Assembly (NCBI GenBank): GCA_000004985.1
Contig: GG738895.1
DNA: 64,000 nucleotides
Source of the DNA: Naegleria gruberi
Lineage: Eukaryota
Direction: 5' to 3' (one strand)
Shown here: one piece after another, positions 63,233 to 64,000 of the stretch
How positions within the stretch are numbered: the stretch's first letter is position 1
Layout: the number at the start of each line of letters is the position of its first letter
Made by a program: the position numbers and the translations under genes
Notes under the pieces: generated by a model
Databases searched by the model: none
Seen by the model: only the letters and a program-made list of their open reading frames with translations
Told to the model about the DNA's origin: nothing

Positions 63233-64000
63233 ATGTCTAATAACCCATACGGATCCACTGATGTTGATCCATACGATTATGATTATCAAGTAAGTAGTGA
63301 TTGTTTTCAACAAGAAGAAAATTTAATGTTCATGTTTGTTATTTTCCGTACTAAATGCTACTTTTGATATTCAAATAATATTCTACCAATAACGACAATT
63401 TATAACAACCCAAAACTGATCGTATTGTATTTTGAAATTGTTCATCACCATCAAATTTAAATGTCCTACACCTCTACTATTATTTTACTATTATTATACT
63501 CTTTGTGATGATAATTGTACATACTTGCGATGATTTTATTTGATAATGTGATAATAATGAATAATGTCATTTACATAATAGCCAAACTATGGTAATCCAA
63601 CTCAAGGATATGTCCCACCACAAGTTGGAGCAATGAGTCAACCTGCTCAAATCAACATTGAACCTGTTGGTTCTATGGATAATGAAGCTCTCAGACTTAA
63701 GGCTATGGAACTTGCTCGTAGAGAAGCTGAATTGGAAAAGAGAGAACAAGAAGTTACAAATCTTGATAATGCCAATACTGCCAAGAAGAATTTCCCAAGA
63801 TGTTACCCTCTTGTTTATCACAACATTGCTGATGTTCCTAATGAATTCCTCCGAAGGAAGATTGCCTACTGGGGATTCATCTCTGCAATTGTTTTCCAAG
63901 TTGTGGTCTTCTTGAACTGTGTTTCTGCCTATATTACTGCCTTCTCTACTACACCAAATGCCTTCCCTAAGGATGTTTCTCTCATGAATCTTATTCAATT
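63233..64000 (+). CDS. Secretory carrier membrane protein (SCAMP) homologue, 5' portion (exon 1 63233..63289, intron 63290..63581, exon 2 63582..window end)
   Basis: Exon 1 MSNNPYGSTDVDPYDYDYQ, then a GTAAGT..AATAG intron of 292 nt. Exon 2 ...KKNFPRCYPLVYHNIADVPNEFLRRKIAYWGFIS...VVFLNCVSAYITAF matches the SCAMP conserved block (NWPP..P..H.I..IP...Y..W) followed by TM1. The ORF runs off the window. Confidence 0.65.

Noticed and set aside
63567-63998. 143-aa minus-strand ORF at the window end
   Set aside because: Antisense to exon 2 of the SCAMP gene, whose plus-strand translation carries the conserved SCAMP motif. No independent support.
1-64000. Prokaryotic-style interpretation (operons, RBS, CRISPR, phage/defence islands)
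   Set aside because: Telomere repeats, GT..AG introns restoring frames, a CaaX-box Ras, F-box/ankyrin/C2/SCAMP genes and a eukaryotic tRNA with a Pol III terminator show this is nuclear eukaryotic DNA. No direct-repeat/spacer array is present.

Overview
This 64 kb window is the left end of a eukaryotic chromosome from an AT-rich (~33-37% GC) unicellular organism that I cannot identify. It uses the standard genetic code: TAA, TGA and TAG all terminate well-supported genes. Spliceosomal introns are very short (32-130 nt), with GTAAGT/GTATGT/GTGAGT donors and (Y)AG acceptors. There is nothing prokaryotic here (no operons, CRISPR or RBS logic). The supplied ORF track behaves like a bacterial ORF finder, accepts TTG/GTG starts and splits spliced genes, so several starts were re-placed on the first in-frame ATG.

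Layout:
- 1-431: a clean (CCCAAA)n telomere array with the C-rich strand on +.
- 432-2540: AT-rich, gene-free subtelomere with a 297-N assembly gap and a short interstitial telomere-like tract 2.1 kb inside.
- From ~2.7 kb: a compact array of about 30 genes on both strands, roughly one per 2-2.5 kb.

Gene content, proximal to distal:
- A protein-kinase gene remnant.
- A secreted modular mucin-like protein with antistasin-like 6-Cys repeats, PVRPT repeats and a GDPH (VWD-like) C-terminal domain.
- A GT8 glycosyltransferase, an ankyrin-repeat protein and a secreted fibrinogen-related-domain protein.
- A C2-domain protein.
- A 4-exon hybrid histidine kinase, an RCC1-like gene, a DUF393/DCC thiol-disulfide oxidoreductase and a 5-exon Ras-family GTPase ending in CaaX (CVIL).
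- A kinase-like gene interrupted by an in-frame TAG.
- A 1736-aa polytopic PAS + class III nucleotidyl cyclase.
- A 1914-aa Ski2-like DExH helicase with a ~900-aa novel N-terminus.
- An F-box/LRR protein.
- A SelO homologue with Cys in place of selenocysteine.
- A divergent G-alpha-like protein.
- Two ankyrin proteins.
- A receptor-type pseudo-cyclase whose first metal-binding Asp is lost.
- A dual-specificity phosphatase.
- A TSUP/TauE-family transporter with a 25-nt micro-exon.
- A Zn2Cys6 transcription factor.
- tRNA-Glu(UUC).
- The 5' part of a SCAMP gene.

Most worth a second look:
- The chromosome-end architecture (TTTGGG telomere plus an interstitial tract).
- The subtelomeric secreted mucin/glycosyltransferase/lectin-like gene neighbourhood.
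- The pair of cyclase-family genes, one predicted competent and one C2-like pseudo-cyclase.
- The TAG-interrupted kinase-like gene.
- An ORF-free, GC-richer 390-bp island that may be a non-coding RNA.
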